Part shown: positions 50,390 through 64,000 of the stretch, piece by piece
Layout of the letters: every line of letters starts with the position of its first letter
Position numbering within the stretch: the first letter of the stretch is position 1
Source of the DNA: Eledone cirrhosa
Lineage: Eukaryota
Direction of reading: 5' to 3'
DNA length: 64,000 nt
NCBI GenBank assembly: GCA_964016885.1
Contig: OZ024742.1
Span: 264,616,001-264,680,000 of the forward strand
Program-made: the position numbers and the translations under genes
Notes under the pieces: generated by a model
Seen by the model: only the letters and a program-made list of their open reading frames with translations
Told to the model about the DNA's origin: nothing
Databases searched by the model: none

Positions 50390-51376
50390 CATCATCATCA
50401 ACATTTAACGTTTATCTTCCATGCTAGCATGAGTTTAGACAGGAATTGTCCGACTTGAGGCAAGATTGGTTGTCTTGCTCGTATAGGACTGTCTGGCAGG
50501 TTTTCTACGGTTGGATGCCCTTCCTAACACCAACCACGTTTACAGTGTGGATTGGGAGGTTTTTACCGTGTTACCTACACAGCCACATTAAAGCGTGGGC
50601 TGTGTGTTTTTTTGTCGTGACATCTACACGACCTCATTTATTTAGGACTGGATGTTGTGGTACCAACATAACTTTACAGAGAAAGGGGTGGTGTAGATGG
50701 GGGTGGGGGTAAGGGTAGTGGGATGGGGGTGTATTTTGGTTAAGAGGTGCCTACTGACTGTAGGTTTCACTTTGTACTTAGGCAAGGCAGGTCTTCTGTA
50801 TTACTGTGTAGCGCCAAATATCTCGGTCCTGTGACATTGTCTTGGAGAGGTGTAAGTGTGTGAGGTCGGAATTTATCAAATCGTCCCAGGTTTTTCTGGG
50901 TCTGCCTACTCTGTAGCTTCCATCAATTTTGATTGCCCTGCACTTTTTTATACAGCTGTCATCTTTCATGTGCATAACGTGGCCATACCAACGTAGTCTT
51001 CTCTTGAGTAAACAGCATCTGATCCCTCTTATTCCTAATTTCTCACTTATTTCATTTATGTTTTGCCGTTCGCGTATATTACTATTACACATCCAGCGGA
51101 GCATGCAAGCTTTGTTCCTCTCCAGTCTGCGTAGATCCTCTGCACACAATGCCTATGTCTCACTGCCATGTAACATTGCTGTTCGTATGCAGGCATCATA
51201 CAGTCTGCCTTTCATTTTTAGAGAGAAACCTTTAGCGGCCAATAGTGGTATAAGCTCTCTGAACTTTTTCCATTCTGACTCTGGCTACTGTACTTTCAGA
51301 GCACCCTCCACCACTGCTGATTTTGTCACCCAGGTAATGGAAGGTGTCCACTATTTCTATAGAACCATCTGGGCAA
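50390..51376 (-). mobile_element. 5'-truncated RTE family A copy
   Basis: ORFs 50778-51149 and 51232-51459; closely similar to 2405-3400. Confidence 0.92.
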
Positions 51377-51699
51377 TGATGCATACATATACACACAGAC
51401 ACACAGATATGCACAAACACACACACACTCATACTCACAGCACACACTCCAACATTCACCTCAAATGCAATGTATCAGTGATTATGTGGGATAAACTTCA
51501 ACATGTCACTTTGGACTTTGTACTGTAGGAAGATTCAGTATTGACTGTTGAGACGCTGATGAAACTCCAACTCTATGCTTGTGTGTGTGTGTTGCAAACC
51601 TATCCGTCCCATATATAATGGAAAATAGTGGGCATTATAAAAGAAAATCAGTGATGATATTGATGTTACTTTTTGTATTTATATGTTTAATTCAGACAT

Positions 51700-51781
<82 letters not shown>

Positions 51782-52480
51782 TATAACTTTATGTTATTGT
51801 AATTCTGTGTTTGTCTTGTTTATTTTGAACTATATATATATTGAAAAGGCATAATCCCAATAGTGAGCCCAGTCATTTCAATTTCTTTCCTTGTTTTCAC
51901 TAGTATTTCCAAGGGTACATTGCATTCAATATACCCATATACCCACTCTACATGGAAAAAGCAGACGTAAAATGATGATGATGATGATGATATATAAGAA
52001 ATATAAATCTGAGTTTTTCAAATATTATTATCAATATTCAAATTGTTGCAATTATGCAAACAGCCTCTTCAGTCATGTGAGTAGAATGACCCCGTCATTC
52101 TCACTCTTGTTTTGGCATATAAACAGAATCGAAGACACTAAATTTTCTGGGTTATTACCCTTCATCAGTATGGTATACTATTTACCCATCAACTGTCAGA
52201 GCTAGTGAAAATATATGATATTTTCTGGAATATACAGTGACTGATGGGCCTGATTTGCATATTAGTAGACTGGCTGATCAGTCAGATTTGCATAGTAGTA
52301 GACTGGATAATCAGTCAGATCTGCATTGCCGCCAATTTCCAAACATAAGCATGTTTATTTCCTCAGATGCATTTGAGATATTTGAGAAACAAAACATTGA
52401 AAATGTAGTTTAGGAGCATGCTATTAAGGATATCCATTGGTTGGTTCCAGTCATGTGGTGTCATCGATAAATCAGCAACA

Positions 52481-52724
52481 GTAAACAATTGATCATGTGT
52501 GGAACCATTCTGCAAGAATCCAGTGACAAGTAAACAATTGATCTTGTGTGGAACCATTCTGCAAGAATCCAGTGACAAGTAAACAATTGATCTTGTGTGG
52601 AACCATTCTGCAAGAATCCAGTGACAAGTAAACAATTGATCTTGTGTGGAACCATTCTGCAAGAATCCAGTGACAAGTAAACAATTGATCTTGTGTGGAA
52701 CCATTCTGCAAGAATCCAGTGACA
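52481..52724. repeat. Minisatellite, 49-bp unit, 5 near-identical copies
   Basis: gtaaacaattgatcttgtgtggaaccattctgcaagaatccagtgacaa at 52481, 52530, 52579, 52628 and 52677; no spacers. Confidence 0.97.
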
Positions 52725-53363
52725 CGGTGGTGGTTTAATTGAATCTGGCATGTTTTCTGCTCTGTGTATCTGGTGCCATTGGCTGGTTCAATTCATGTAT
52801 GTGAGGACCTTTTGGTGGAACAGATGTTTGTGTTTTCATGGGGTGCATGCTGGTTGAGTGATAGAGCTACCTCCCCACATATACACATGAGCCAGGTGGA
52901 AATATGGTGGTCTTTATAGGATATTTAGCTTAATTTACATCTGGAAACTGCTGATAATGTGGTGACGTTAATATAATTATTCAACTTCCACATTATGTAT
53001 TAATTGCACTCTGCTTTCATTTCTATGCATATGTATTAATTTGTTTAATTTATGTACTAAGCAGCTGAAGTATATGATAAAGTTAATCTGTGTATATAAA
53101 TGTATATAAATGTATATAAATAACAGAAGTAACTGAGACTGTGTAAAATTTACACATTTTAATATAATGTGTAAAATTTATACATTATAAATCGCCAAAT
53201 ACGTATTTCCTCTGTAAATTGCAAAAATGGGTATTTTCCAATTTATCATGATCTCAATTTTCAAGGAAATATGAATCTGGCATCTTTCCAAAAACTGTGT
53301 CAATTTATATACATGCATATGCAGTCTCATTACTTAGATTCTGTATATATACAGATATAATTT

Positions 53364-53398
<35 letters not shown>

Positions 53399-53488
53399 GA
53401 GTATGCAATTAGGACATAGTCAAGGCCTCAGAATGTGACAGCCCATCTAACCTATGCAAGCCTAAAAATAAACTTTAAACAGTGGTGA

Positions 53489-53524
<36 letters not shown>

Positions 53525-53526
<2 letters not shown>

Positions 53527-53733
53527 CCGTGTAGGTAACACGGTAAAAAGTTCCCAGTTCCACACTGTAAATGTGGTTGGTGTTAGGAAGAGCATCCAGC
53601 CGTAGAAAGCCTGCCAGATAGTCCTATATGAGCGAGACACGGTCACCCGACCAACCTTGCCTCAAATGGTACAACTCCCGTCTAACCCATGCTTGCGTGG
53701 AAGATGGACGTTAAATGATGATGATGATGATGA
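53525..53733 (+). mobile_element. RTE family A 3' end
   Basis: Reverse complement of 2405-2620; (GAT)n tail; (TA)n flanks. Confidence 0.85.
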
Positions 53734-53749
53734 TATATATATATACATT

Positions 53750-54500
53750 ATTCTTCTCCACCCACTCATTCCTGAGAGGGTCATGGGGACAGAGCCCTCA
53801 AACACTCTTTCCAGTGGGTCCTGTCAGAAGCAACCATTTCCAAGAGAAACCAGCTGAGCTCATTGATCTCATCCAACTATTTTGCTCAGTGCCTACCCAT
53901 GAATTTCCTGCGAGGTGGTTTTACCTGTAAAATCTGTCTTGCGATTCTTTCTTGCGACATTCTAACCACATGCCTATAGTATGGGAGCTGTGATCTCTCA
54001 ATTTGGAGAAGTACTAGCTCTACCTGGAGTGACTCTCTGATTTCTGAGCTTCGTACTTTATCAAGTAACATTCTTTTGGTCATTACCCAAGATTCATGTC
54101 CATGAGTAAGGATAGATACAAATACCGAGTTGAAGGCAGCAAGTTTGTCTTTTACACCTACCTCCCTTCTTCTGATTACTGAATGCTGAAGCTGCTGCAT
54201 TACTGCACCAGCTCCTTCAAATCTTGCATGTAATTCAGCCTCCTGCATTCCATCATCCACGAACATGGGCCTGAGAAACTTGAACTTCTCTACCTGATTC
54301 AGTGGAACTCCATAGAGTGTGCTGCACAGACTTCCTTCAGAGAACAAGTGTCTCAGTTTCTGCAGTACTGATTTTCATTCCAGCCTTGCAGCACTTGGCA
54401 TCAAACCTATCAAGTGCAAGTTGGAGATCACCTCCTGTCGAGTAATACCATGTCATCTCCAAATTCTAGCCAACTGATTCTACACTTACCAGTTGGAAAT
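53750..54500 (-). mobile_element. 5'-truncated RTE family B copy
   Basis: ORF 53886-54347 LNQVEKFKFL..LTHGHESWVMTKR..HVVRMSQERIARQIL. Confidence 0.88.
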
Positions 54501-54987
54501 GTATATATCATCATCATTTAATGTCTTTTTCCCAGCTAGCAGAGGTGTTAAATGATGAAGAACATATATATATATATTTTGTCGCATAGCCAGTCTGAAG
54601 AGCAGATGGGTCCATAACTTCTATGGGAGACCCTGTGAAAATCCTCTGCAAAACATGCATAACAGGTCAATACACAATAAAATTATAAATATATGTAAAT
54701 GAAACTTCATTGCTCGTATTAATATATATATATATATTGGAAACACACAATATATTAATACCATGGAAACATGGAAATCAGAATAATCTCATGTGCAGTA
54801 AAATGCCTTCAGGAAAAATTAGTGTCATATGGAAAATAATGCGAAAAGAAAAAAAGTCCTTTTGTCAAATATTTCTATGTAAAGATTTAGATGTTCAACA
54901 TTCATTTGTATAAAGCAACGTTTAACTTTTCTCAATTCATGCAGGTGTGCACAAATCTGAAAATACTTCAGAATTGATTTAAATAAT

Positions 54988-55081
54988 AATTGTTTCTACT
55001 TTTGGCACAAGGCTAGCAATTACCCAGTGCATTACTGGTACTTTATTTTATCGACCCCGGAAGGATGAAAGGCAAAGTTAA
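54988..55081 (-). mobile_element. 3' half of a Deu/Nin-like SINE
   Basis: Reverse complement of 55440-55538. Confidence 0.8.
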
Positions 55082-55237
55082 ATAATAATCCATGGGGAAT
55101 ATATAGCAGATAACCAGTCTTGATTGAGGTGATGAATATTTTCTGATAATTGTACCTATAATTTCAATTTAGTGTTCAAATGCTGCTTAGTGAGAGCATT
55201 GACTTAAGAAACATCAAGATACAGTTAAGTGGTTACA

Positions 55238-55239
<2 letters not shown>

Positions 55240-55279
<40 letters not shown>

Positions 55280-55317
55280 CAGTAACAGTAGCAGTAATAG
55301 CAGCAGCAGCAGCAGTA
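55240..55317. repeat. (GTA)n grading into (GCA)n
   Basis: Seen directly. Confidence 0.95.
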
Positions 55318-55351
55318 GAGTTGATGGAGGCAATGGAAATGCCAACACTGC

Positions 55352-55538
55352 TGGGATTGGCAGTATCAGTAGAAGGTCGGATGCCATGCTTTGATGCATA
55401 GAGTTACGGCCCTTGCCATTCTGAGTTCAAATCCCGCCGAGGTTAACTTTGCCTTTCATCCTTATGGGGTCGATAAAATAAAGTACCAGTAATACACTGG
55501 TTAATTGCTGGCCTTGTGCCAAAAGTAGAAACAATTAT
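55352..55538 (+). mobile_element. Deu/Nin-like tRNA SINE, full length
   Basis: Closely similar to 32815-32998. Confidence 0.85.
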
Positions 55539-58364
55539 TTTACATGTCAATATTAAGGAATTTATAGGTGGGTTATCTCTCTGGCAAAATATGAATTACA
55601 AAGCACCAGAGGAAATATCTGCCTTAATTAAACTAACAATTTTCCTGTTGCTAAAACCCTTTGATTGAACTTCAATATTGACTGAGGATAAGATAAATGA
55701 AAAAATATGTAGGGTCATCTTTTTCCATTTGTTTGTTTGATTTTTGGGAGTGTTTCTTTTTTTTTTTTTATTTCCATCAATTTTCAAAAAAATTAGTTTC
55801 AGATATAATTTACAGCAGGCATCTCAAATATTTACAAGCACACCTGCAGCCTGAACAAAGGTTTTTACAGTGTGAGCATGTTTTATCTTCATAAGAGCAT
55901 GTTTTATCTTTATAATATAATATTTAAAAAAATTAATTGTAATGTGCGCAATTAGTTGCCGTGTGTAGCCCTCGGGAGCCCCTCAGTTTGACATGCCTTA
56001 TTTACAGGCAAGTAAAATAACAAATTTTTCCAAGCTTTAAACATGACCAGCTATCTTAAAATGTACATTGGAGGGATATTGTTGTTGCAAAAGAAGACTT
56101 TTATTTAATATTTTGATGAGAATAAAGATAATATTTGTAACAAGTTTCAGAAAGTCAGTACACCAACTGGTTAGATATACTGTTTCCTCACACTGCTTTT
56201 TCTACTTCTACGACTGTGACCTCTGTTCCTTGAATCTGGTTGGTTGAATACCACATCCATTCAAACATCCCTCACTGACATGTCCTTCCTCCTCTTATCA
56301 ATCATATTGTGTTCATAATATCCAGGATCTGCACTAATCAATAAGCCCAGTTATTACCTACACCATAAAACATTGGCTCTCTGAAAATCTCTTCCCACTT
56401 ATATTTTTCTTGTAGCTATGAAGGCAATGGACAAGCAAAGCAATAAAGTTTTTTTTAATCTAACATTCTGGAGATTAATCACCAGGTCAACATCATTCTA
56501 ACAGAAAGTAACAGACAAATAGCTGCAATTGGAATTTTTCAGTTTGGGAGTAAAAATGTGTCAAACATAGTTTATTGATTAATGAAGCTATGGAAATTGA
56601 AGGAAGAAACATGAGTGAAAGCAAATGTTAAAACTGACAAAGAGAGGGTTTCTTTCACCTGGCAAGAGTACATGCTTACATAGGTTAGAATCTTATATAT
56701 TTAAGATAGAGACATCCTATGATATAGTGGGCTGGTAGAGAGTTTGATGCTAGTTTTACCTTGCTAAGAGAAAAACAGAGTAAGAAGAGATTTTTCTTTA
56801 ACACTTGGGGATGGAAGCATCATGCATTTTGAGGGCCTTTGAGACAGGTCTATATACTTGCAACAGAATGAATTCTGTTAAAGGAACCGAAGGACCCAGA
56901 TAATAATGTTAACCCTTTAAATATCAACCTGCCCCAAACCACGTCTATTAAAGTGTTCAAATTTAAATTTAAACCTAGGACTGAAATATCATTATTTACC
57001 AGATAATAGATTTCAGTAGTTAAATATTTATCTTTTGTTATTAAGTTGAAAGTTAGTTATTTCACTCAACTTTTCATAATTGTTAATTATTTTCATAAAT
57101 ATAACACAAACGTAGTATACTGTTGTTAGATATAGAAACATGAAAGGGCAACAGATAAAGGCTATCAAGGGATAAAGGACATCAAGTAAGAATTCAGAGC
57201 AAAAAGAAAAAACAAAAAAATGTCAGGGCATCTCATTCAAAACTAATAATTCTGCCAATCCACTGCCAGAGACTGGTTCTTTTTTATGTTCTAAATTATG
57301 AGAAAAAACAGTATTTAGTCTGTGACAAATTTCCCTTGACTAAACAAAATAAAATGTTTGTCTTGAGCTATTATATAGTAGAATATATCAAAACTGACTT
57401 ACGAAAATATATAATACATTATAAATAACAATCAAAGAATGTTTAGAACATTTAATCCCTTACAGTCGTTTCATCCTAACACAAGGCCAGAATCATTGGA
57501 GTATATAATAAAGGTTAAACACAAATATAATATCAGAAATTTGTCATAAGAACATTAAGAGGATACATAATATGGGAAGTAAGCATAAGTATCACCATTT
57601 ATATAAGAGAAGATAGAAAAGGTAGAAGAAGCATATGAAAAATATGAGCATATAAATGCAATAAAATTCGGAGCAGCTAAAAGCATTGAAAATTTAAAAA
57701 CTATATAATAGCTATCTTATAATTGTTTTGTTAGAATTTAACCTTATTAATATGTTTTATTATAAATAAAACATTGTCTTTGTTATTATTTAAGCTCTAC
57801 AGTCATTTTCATTTAAATAAGCATAAGAATAATGTATCTAAAAATTATCAAAGCAATGATATTATTGAATTTGGAAAAAGAAATCTATGAAAATTTACAT
57901 TTATATTTATGTCCATATACTGAATACATGAGATAATATGTGGTGTGTTTGTGCATCTATTTATAAAAAGTATTATTCAACCTATTTTTCTATAATATTC
58001 TATTAGGCGTTATAATATTCTATTAGGCATTTGAGAAATGTAATTTATATCATGTTGATTCATCAAATCTAACTAATAATCAATAATTTTACTTCTTATT
58101 AAGATTTGATAGATTTTAGTCACTAACTTACATGTTCAATTTAAACTTAAATAAAGTAAATTAATGCTGAAGTAATTACAATAATATAAATGTAAATAAT
58201 GATGTTAACTTGTAATGATCTAATAATGTGACATACTTTTGCTAATACTCAATTTCTCATTAAATGGCTATCAGTGATTTTTAGACAAAATATATCAACT
58301 TTTAATCCTATTTCTTTTTGTTTTTATTTTGCTATTTAGTCAGGGAGGGAAGAACAGTAAGTCG

Positions 58365-58640
58365 AGGCACATGACCTAATGGTAAGGGTGTTGGACTTAC
58401 GATCATAATATCATGGGTTTGATTCCTCTACTGGGTTGTGTGTTGTGTTCTTGCACAAAATACTTCATTTCACATTGCTCCAGTATACTCAGTTGAAAAT
58501 GAGTACCAGCAATAGCTGGGGGTTTAACCTTGTGATGGATTGGGGGATGGAGAGTCTTGTACTCCCAGTCACTTCAAGGCACAGAAACTGGGATGGGATA
58601 AACACTGGCCTGATAAGCCTCCAGGCTTGAGACAGACTTT
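58365..58640 (+). mobile_element. tRNA-headed CORE-like SINE
   Basis: A-box-like tgacctaatgg, B-box-like ggtttgattcc, then the CORE-like body ttcatttcacattgctccagt..ctcag. Confidence 0.7.
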
Positions 58641-61600
58641 AGACTTAGCCATTACCCTTTTCAATGCCTCCAAGCCTGGTGGGAGGGAGGAAGGAAGATT
58701 TCTTCAAACTGAATGGCTGCTCTGAATGTTTGCAACATAGTGGATTCCAGTAAAGGCACCAACTGAGTGACATATTAAGTCTTCCACCCAAGTAGGCCAT
58801 AATGAAATTTAAAGTCATATCTCAAAGTGCCAAATACCATTCCTTATCAAGCACTTTAACAATTCCTCCCATCTATCACACTGGAGTGGTACTATATCTT
58901 TTGAGTCTGAAAGGGTGAAAAACAAAGTTGATCATGGCAGAATTTGAATAAATATTGTAAAGCATTTTGTTGTATGCTTGAAAAGCTCTGCCAGTTCACT
59001 TGTTCCTCTTGAAACTGAAGTAGAGTTCTAGTTATAACAGCATCTCAACCTACCTTCACCAATCCTTGACAGTTATACTAGCTGAACTCTTTTCTTTAGT
59101 AATTAATCAATCATTCCAAACTTTTGGTTTTTCTTACCTATTAAATATCACTAAAGTTTGTTCTCATTGCAAAATTGTTTAATTTGTTAAATGAATAAAT
59201 CCTACTCATAATTTAACAATAAATAAGTTTTGGACTGAGAATAAATCTCTTTATTTTACCAATGTCTCTAAAATATAGTGCTTCAGATTAATTCTCTGTT
59301 TAATGCAATTTTCTTAATCACTAAAGTTATTCCTACATTCAAAAAGATAACAAAAGTTATTTTTTAACTATCAAAAATTATTTTCTTTGCATATCTAAAG
59401 TATTTAAAAAAGGATATTTTTCCATTGCTGTTTTTTTTTTCTTATGAAAATTACCTACTTTTTAGAAGTCAGTATCCTTATCATCATCATTACTGTTTAA
59501 CACCCACTTTCCAAACTAGATGTTGTCTTGTTGTGAGACAAGTCAGATCATACATGTCTTGCTCATACAGAACTGTTTCTGGCTTGGTTTCTATGGCTGG
59601 ATATCCTTCCTAATACCAACCACATTTACAGCAGGAACAGAGTGCTTTTTATTGTGGCACCAAAATGACCAACTGTCAAGTTGCACTGGGGGATTTTTCA
59701 TCATGTCACCAGCATGACCACTTTACTGGGCGGTTTGGGCGATCTTTGTTGTCATGCTTTTTGTCATGTCAGTTTGATTTTTGCAAAACCCATTCCCCAG
59801 AATATCAACCATAGAGTTCATAAAACAAATTTAATCTGATATAATTAAGAAAACACCTCCAGTCTAAGTATTCTGAGGTCTTTCAAAATATTTTGATACT
59901 CAAGATCATGAGATTCTGCTTGCTAAACTGCATCATTATGGAATTAGAAATGAAATGCATCAAATGTTTGGCAGTTATTTAACTAATCAAAATGCATTCA
60001 AAAACAAAACATATATTGTTACAAAAATTATAGCCCGATTGTACTGGGGAAGTCTGAGTAGTATGTCAGCTGCACCAAAGCATTACTGCAGAGAATGGTC
60101 AGATACACCTGCTACAACAGCCACCTCACTTCACGCAACTCCCTCCTCAAGCAGGCCACTGTCTTTCTGACTTTATGGAGGAAATCAGCAGTGGGGGAAC
60201 GAAGGATGCTAGAGGTCTCGATGGAGACTGATGCTATGAAGAAGCAGCCAGTCAGGCCCCGAACTGGTATTAGTTTGTTGAATTGAAAGATAAAATGTCG
60301 TTTTATCTTTTTCCATTAGTATTCACCAAAACCCTATTCTAGGAACCCTTTTATCTATGATATATCAAGGGTTCGCAAACTACAGCCTAAAACCAAATTT
60401 GGTCTGCTGCTTCATTTTATTTGCTCCACAGATCTCATTGAATATGTAAATCTGCATACATAAAGTCTTTGTTTTCCTTATCAATCTTTGCTTAGTGATA
60501 AATAAAACAGTATTGAAAAAAGTCTCATTTTGCAGTGGCTTCAAATAAATACAAAAATAATATGAGATTACTTAACTTGGTAAAATATAATGAGTTGACC
60601 ATGTATCTGATTTTAAACAGTAAATGTTTTCAGTTTTCTAAATAAATGAAACAACAAAGACTAACAGTGTCTTATACAATGCTGCAATAGAGTTTACATG
60701 AATCATCAATTCTGAGAAAGGAGGGAGTGACAAACGTTTACTTGTCATGGTTCCATTTTTTATTTGCCTTAGCCTGTAAGACATAAAAATAGTTCCAATC
60801 CGGCGTGCTTCCAGAAAAGATTGCCAATCCTTTATATAACAGCTTCAGAAATATTTGATTTGATTTTATATGTATACACCACATCATTGATTTCCTCTTT
60901 CTTGCTTTTAAACCTACATAGAGCAAATACAAGTACCATATACAATAAACCTTTAAAGGTATCGAGTTGACTAACAGAAAATAAGCTCTCATACAATATC
61001 CCAAAACATATATATTTGCTCTTTCATCATCATCAGAATTTCCATTGGACTTAGTCCCACAGTTTGAATTTGGTTATAATAGGATATGTTGACTATTTTG
61101 AATTTCTAGGAATCATCATTGATTAGAACCTTAAATGGAAACCAAATATTGTTCTAACTTGTAGTACTGTTTGTATCTTATTTTGCACAAAAATTATTAT
61201 TTTAGATATGTGCTAATAAACATATATCACACTCTTATTCGTTACCATCTAAATTATTGTATAATTTTGTAGAGTGAGGTGGGGGGGGGGGGGATTATCA
61301 CTTTATCATAAATTGACCAAGAAGAGCTCTGAGACTAGTTTTAAATAAAAATATGACCCTGAGCATATCGATTTTCTCTATACAAGTACTTGATTTCAGA
61401 CATGTTTTCAGACATGTATATACTTTCACAAATCAAAGTCTACAATCATTTTTGTCTTGGTATTCTGCCAAAATTTCTTATGACTCTAGGGTTATCTAAT
61501 AACTGATAGAATTAATTATCCGTGTGTGTGTGTGCATGTGTTTAATGCAGATAATATTCAGTTAACAAGTATGAGGCACACTCACAATCTCTTTCAGAAA

Positions 61601-62777
61601 AAATGCTTAAGATAAACTCACTTAGAAAAGGCATCCCTGAATTTTCAATGATCTTATAAATAATAGAAGCCATCGATATAACACAATGAATATAGTATTT
61701 CATTTCAAATGAAAATCTATCAACTTCTACTTGTCCATTGAATCATGTTAGACTTGTCTCCATAAACATTAATCATGTTATATGACATTCGTAGATTATA
61801 GCAACTCTCTCATGTAAATAACTACTTTGAAGAATCTCAACAGGAAAAGAAAAATATGTATATACATACTTTCAAAAATGAGCCCTTTTTTTCTTTCTAA
61901 TACAAAAAACAGTTGGCACATAGGTCATATGGATTTTCTTTTCTTAACATGTGATCCATTTTCTCAACTGGTATAAAAAATGTTTGAGTGAGGTGCATTC
62001 AGGAGCAATTAAAGCTGTCTATATGGATGGATCTGACTGAGACAGCACATGAGTGGCTAAGTAGAACTTAAATAAAATCAAAATTACAATCAACTAGTTT
62101 CTAATCATTGATTCCCTTTAACTTTGGTCTTGACTAGAACCAGTTTTCATAACAAAACTAAGTATTCTTAAAAGTTGCATATACTTAATGGATTAGCAAA
62201 TACAATGCATCATGCACACCCACACAGTTCTTATACCATTATATATTTACATCATATTACATGCATTAGAACTTTATAGTAGTTCTTAAACTACAGTATC
62301 TTCTACCAAATCTACAATGTTGAAAACACATGGATCAGACTTAAAGTTAAGGAAATTCTCAGTCTAAAAGGACCTAAGGAAAATATAGGCATTGCCTTTT
62401 ATTCTCTGACTTGAAGCTACGGCATTGAAGGCACTCATGTATCAATATTTGCTTCATGGTTTAAGAAAATGAATCTGTGCTTGTTGTTATTAGATCCACA
62501 TACACATGTCATCATAATAGTTTAAAACACTTTTTTGTTGATTGTGATATAAACTTGAAAACCCCTTTAATTCAACAACTTGTAATTAGATTTAATGATC
62601 TTGAAGAAATACCCAACATCCTGTACAGTACTTACAGTTACATTCAATGTTATAAGTTTATTTCTATTTTTATTATTTCCTTTTCCATTAAACAAATATT
62701 AATAAAACTTACAGACATATATTTCCATATAAAAAAGTATTTATAATTAGCTTATCTCAAGCTATGTTTATTTTTGT

Positions 62778-62826
62778 TACTAATTTCACTAATAATTTTT
62801 CTTTTCTTCATATTTTTTAGGTAAGT
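62778..62826 (+). promoter_or_regulatory. Candidate recursive splice site (ratchet point) AG|GTAAGT
   Basis: Two CTAAT branch-like motifs (62780, 62789), a long pyrimidine tract, TAG ending at 62820, and immediately the consensus donor GTAAGT. Confidence 0.55.
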
Positions 62827-63207
62827 GCAAAATGTTTCTTCCAGTGAAAATTTGGTGAGATCTTAATTATTTGTACATAACTTAATATCAAAATTTACTT
62901 GGGGCTACTGGTGACTATGTTGATGGTTCTTCAAGTTTGTTTTACTATTTATGGGAATACACACAGACACAAATGCACAAAGAAAACAAATGCATTCACA
63001 TAGACAACTAAATATAGAAGCATACAGTACATATACACATTTACAAGATACACTCACAAGCTCACATGTAAGAAAGAACACTCATAATACTTAGAGACAA
63101 CAATTGAATGATGAAGGAGCATCAACACAGTTGGTCAACATGCTATAAGGAACAGACATCTTAAAGGGAAAAAAGGGGTTATTTTTGTTATGTTTTAAAT
63201 GAAATAT

Positions 63208-63261
63208 TTCTTCTTCTTCTTCTTCTTCTTCTTCTTCTTCTTCTTCTTCTTCTTCTTCTTC
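63208..63261. repeat. (TTC)n microsatellite
   Basis: Seen directly; it explains the poly-K ORF. Confidence 0.98.
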
Positions 63262-64000
63262 CCATGTAGCATATGGATTTCATATTTTGTTATATAATAC
63301 AGCTTCTTAAGTTGATTTTTTTTTGTTTTGTCTACTACTTGTGTATAACACAAACCTAAAAATTCTTTATATGTATCACATCTTTTGAAACTGACTTTCT
63401 TTTTCTCAATTGCCATTCTATGCTATGTTAATGGAGAATACATGCATATTTCTAATGGGTTGTATGATTATGTATACAAGAGATTATTTGAAACCCAAAC
63501 AATTTTGATTATTAAAGTTCACACACACACACACACACACACACACATTTCCCAAGCCTCTGCTTAGATGCTTTTTATTGCAAAAATCTAAAAGCTGTAA
63601 TTTTTCTTCTAAATTTGTTTTGATATTCCACCACATATTCTAGAAAATGATTGAGCCTTATAATACACCCATAAGGTAATTGTTGTATCTATACATTTTG
63701 TATGAAGTATTTACTGGTATATCACATGCTACTCAAAATATCTATGGCCATGTGATATCGCATATGAATTCCCTACTGAAATACCATATGCCTTGTGTAG
63801 AAATAATCTGGGATACAACCTTCTGTGGTACCTTCTTCAGGAACAACATGGTGAAATTATCATCAAAGCCAGGCTTCATCACCAGACTAACATAGGGTTG
63901 TGAACTGACAGTCTTAGCTAATAGGCCTGGTTTCAAACCTGTCATGGCATCATATGTTCTTGAACCACCTCCTTACTCAGTTCGATTGAGTTTCAGATAA

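Noticed and set aside
52481-52724. CRISPR-like array
   Set aside because: The units are contiguous and near-identical with no spacers or cas genes, in a eukaryotic context; it is a minisatellite.
60738-61130. Possible exon or pseudogene on the minus strand
   Set aside because: Frames are interrupted and no motifs were recognised.
63680-64000. ORFs at the window end
   Set aside because: Short, overlapping on both strands, with no recognisable domain.

Overview
This is AT-rich, repeat-dominated eukaryotic genomic DNA, not prokaryotic. The SINE/LINE repertoire and microsatellite load suggest a coleoid cephalopod such as octopus (inference). No intact host protein-coding exon could be identified, and a textbook AG|GTAAGT ratchet-point motif at 62820 hints that the window lies inside a very long + strand intron. 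Most ORFs in the track are microsatellite or antisense artefacts. Recognisable content: many decayed RTE LINEs (one with a twin-priming inversion), single CRE-, R4/Dong-, Tx1- and CR1-like remnants, Penelope-like element (PLE) RT and GIY-YIG fragments, tRNA-derived SINEs, Helitron-like elements, and TTAA and hAT MITEs. The first 10 kb is the most interesting part. It holds a cluster of sequence-unrelated long fold-back elements inserted in (TA)n tracts, each carrying a minimal hammerhead ribozyme motif; in two of them the motif is intact in one arm and disabled in the other. It also holds a CpG-rich cassette with an apparently intact three-exon SGNH/GDSL hydrolase gene (55- and 57-nt introns, missed by the ORF track) converging on a BACK-domain-like ORF. 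All calls are by-eye motif recognition; no database searches were run.
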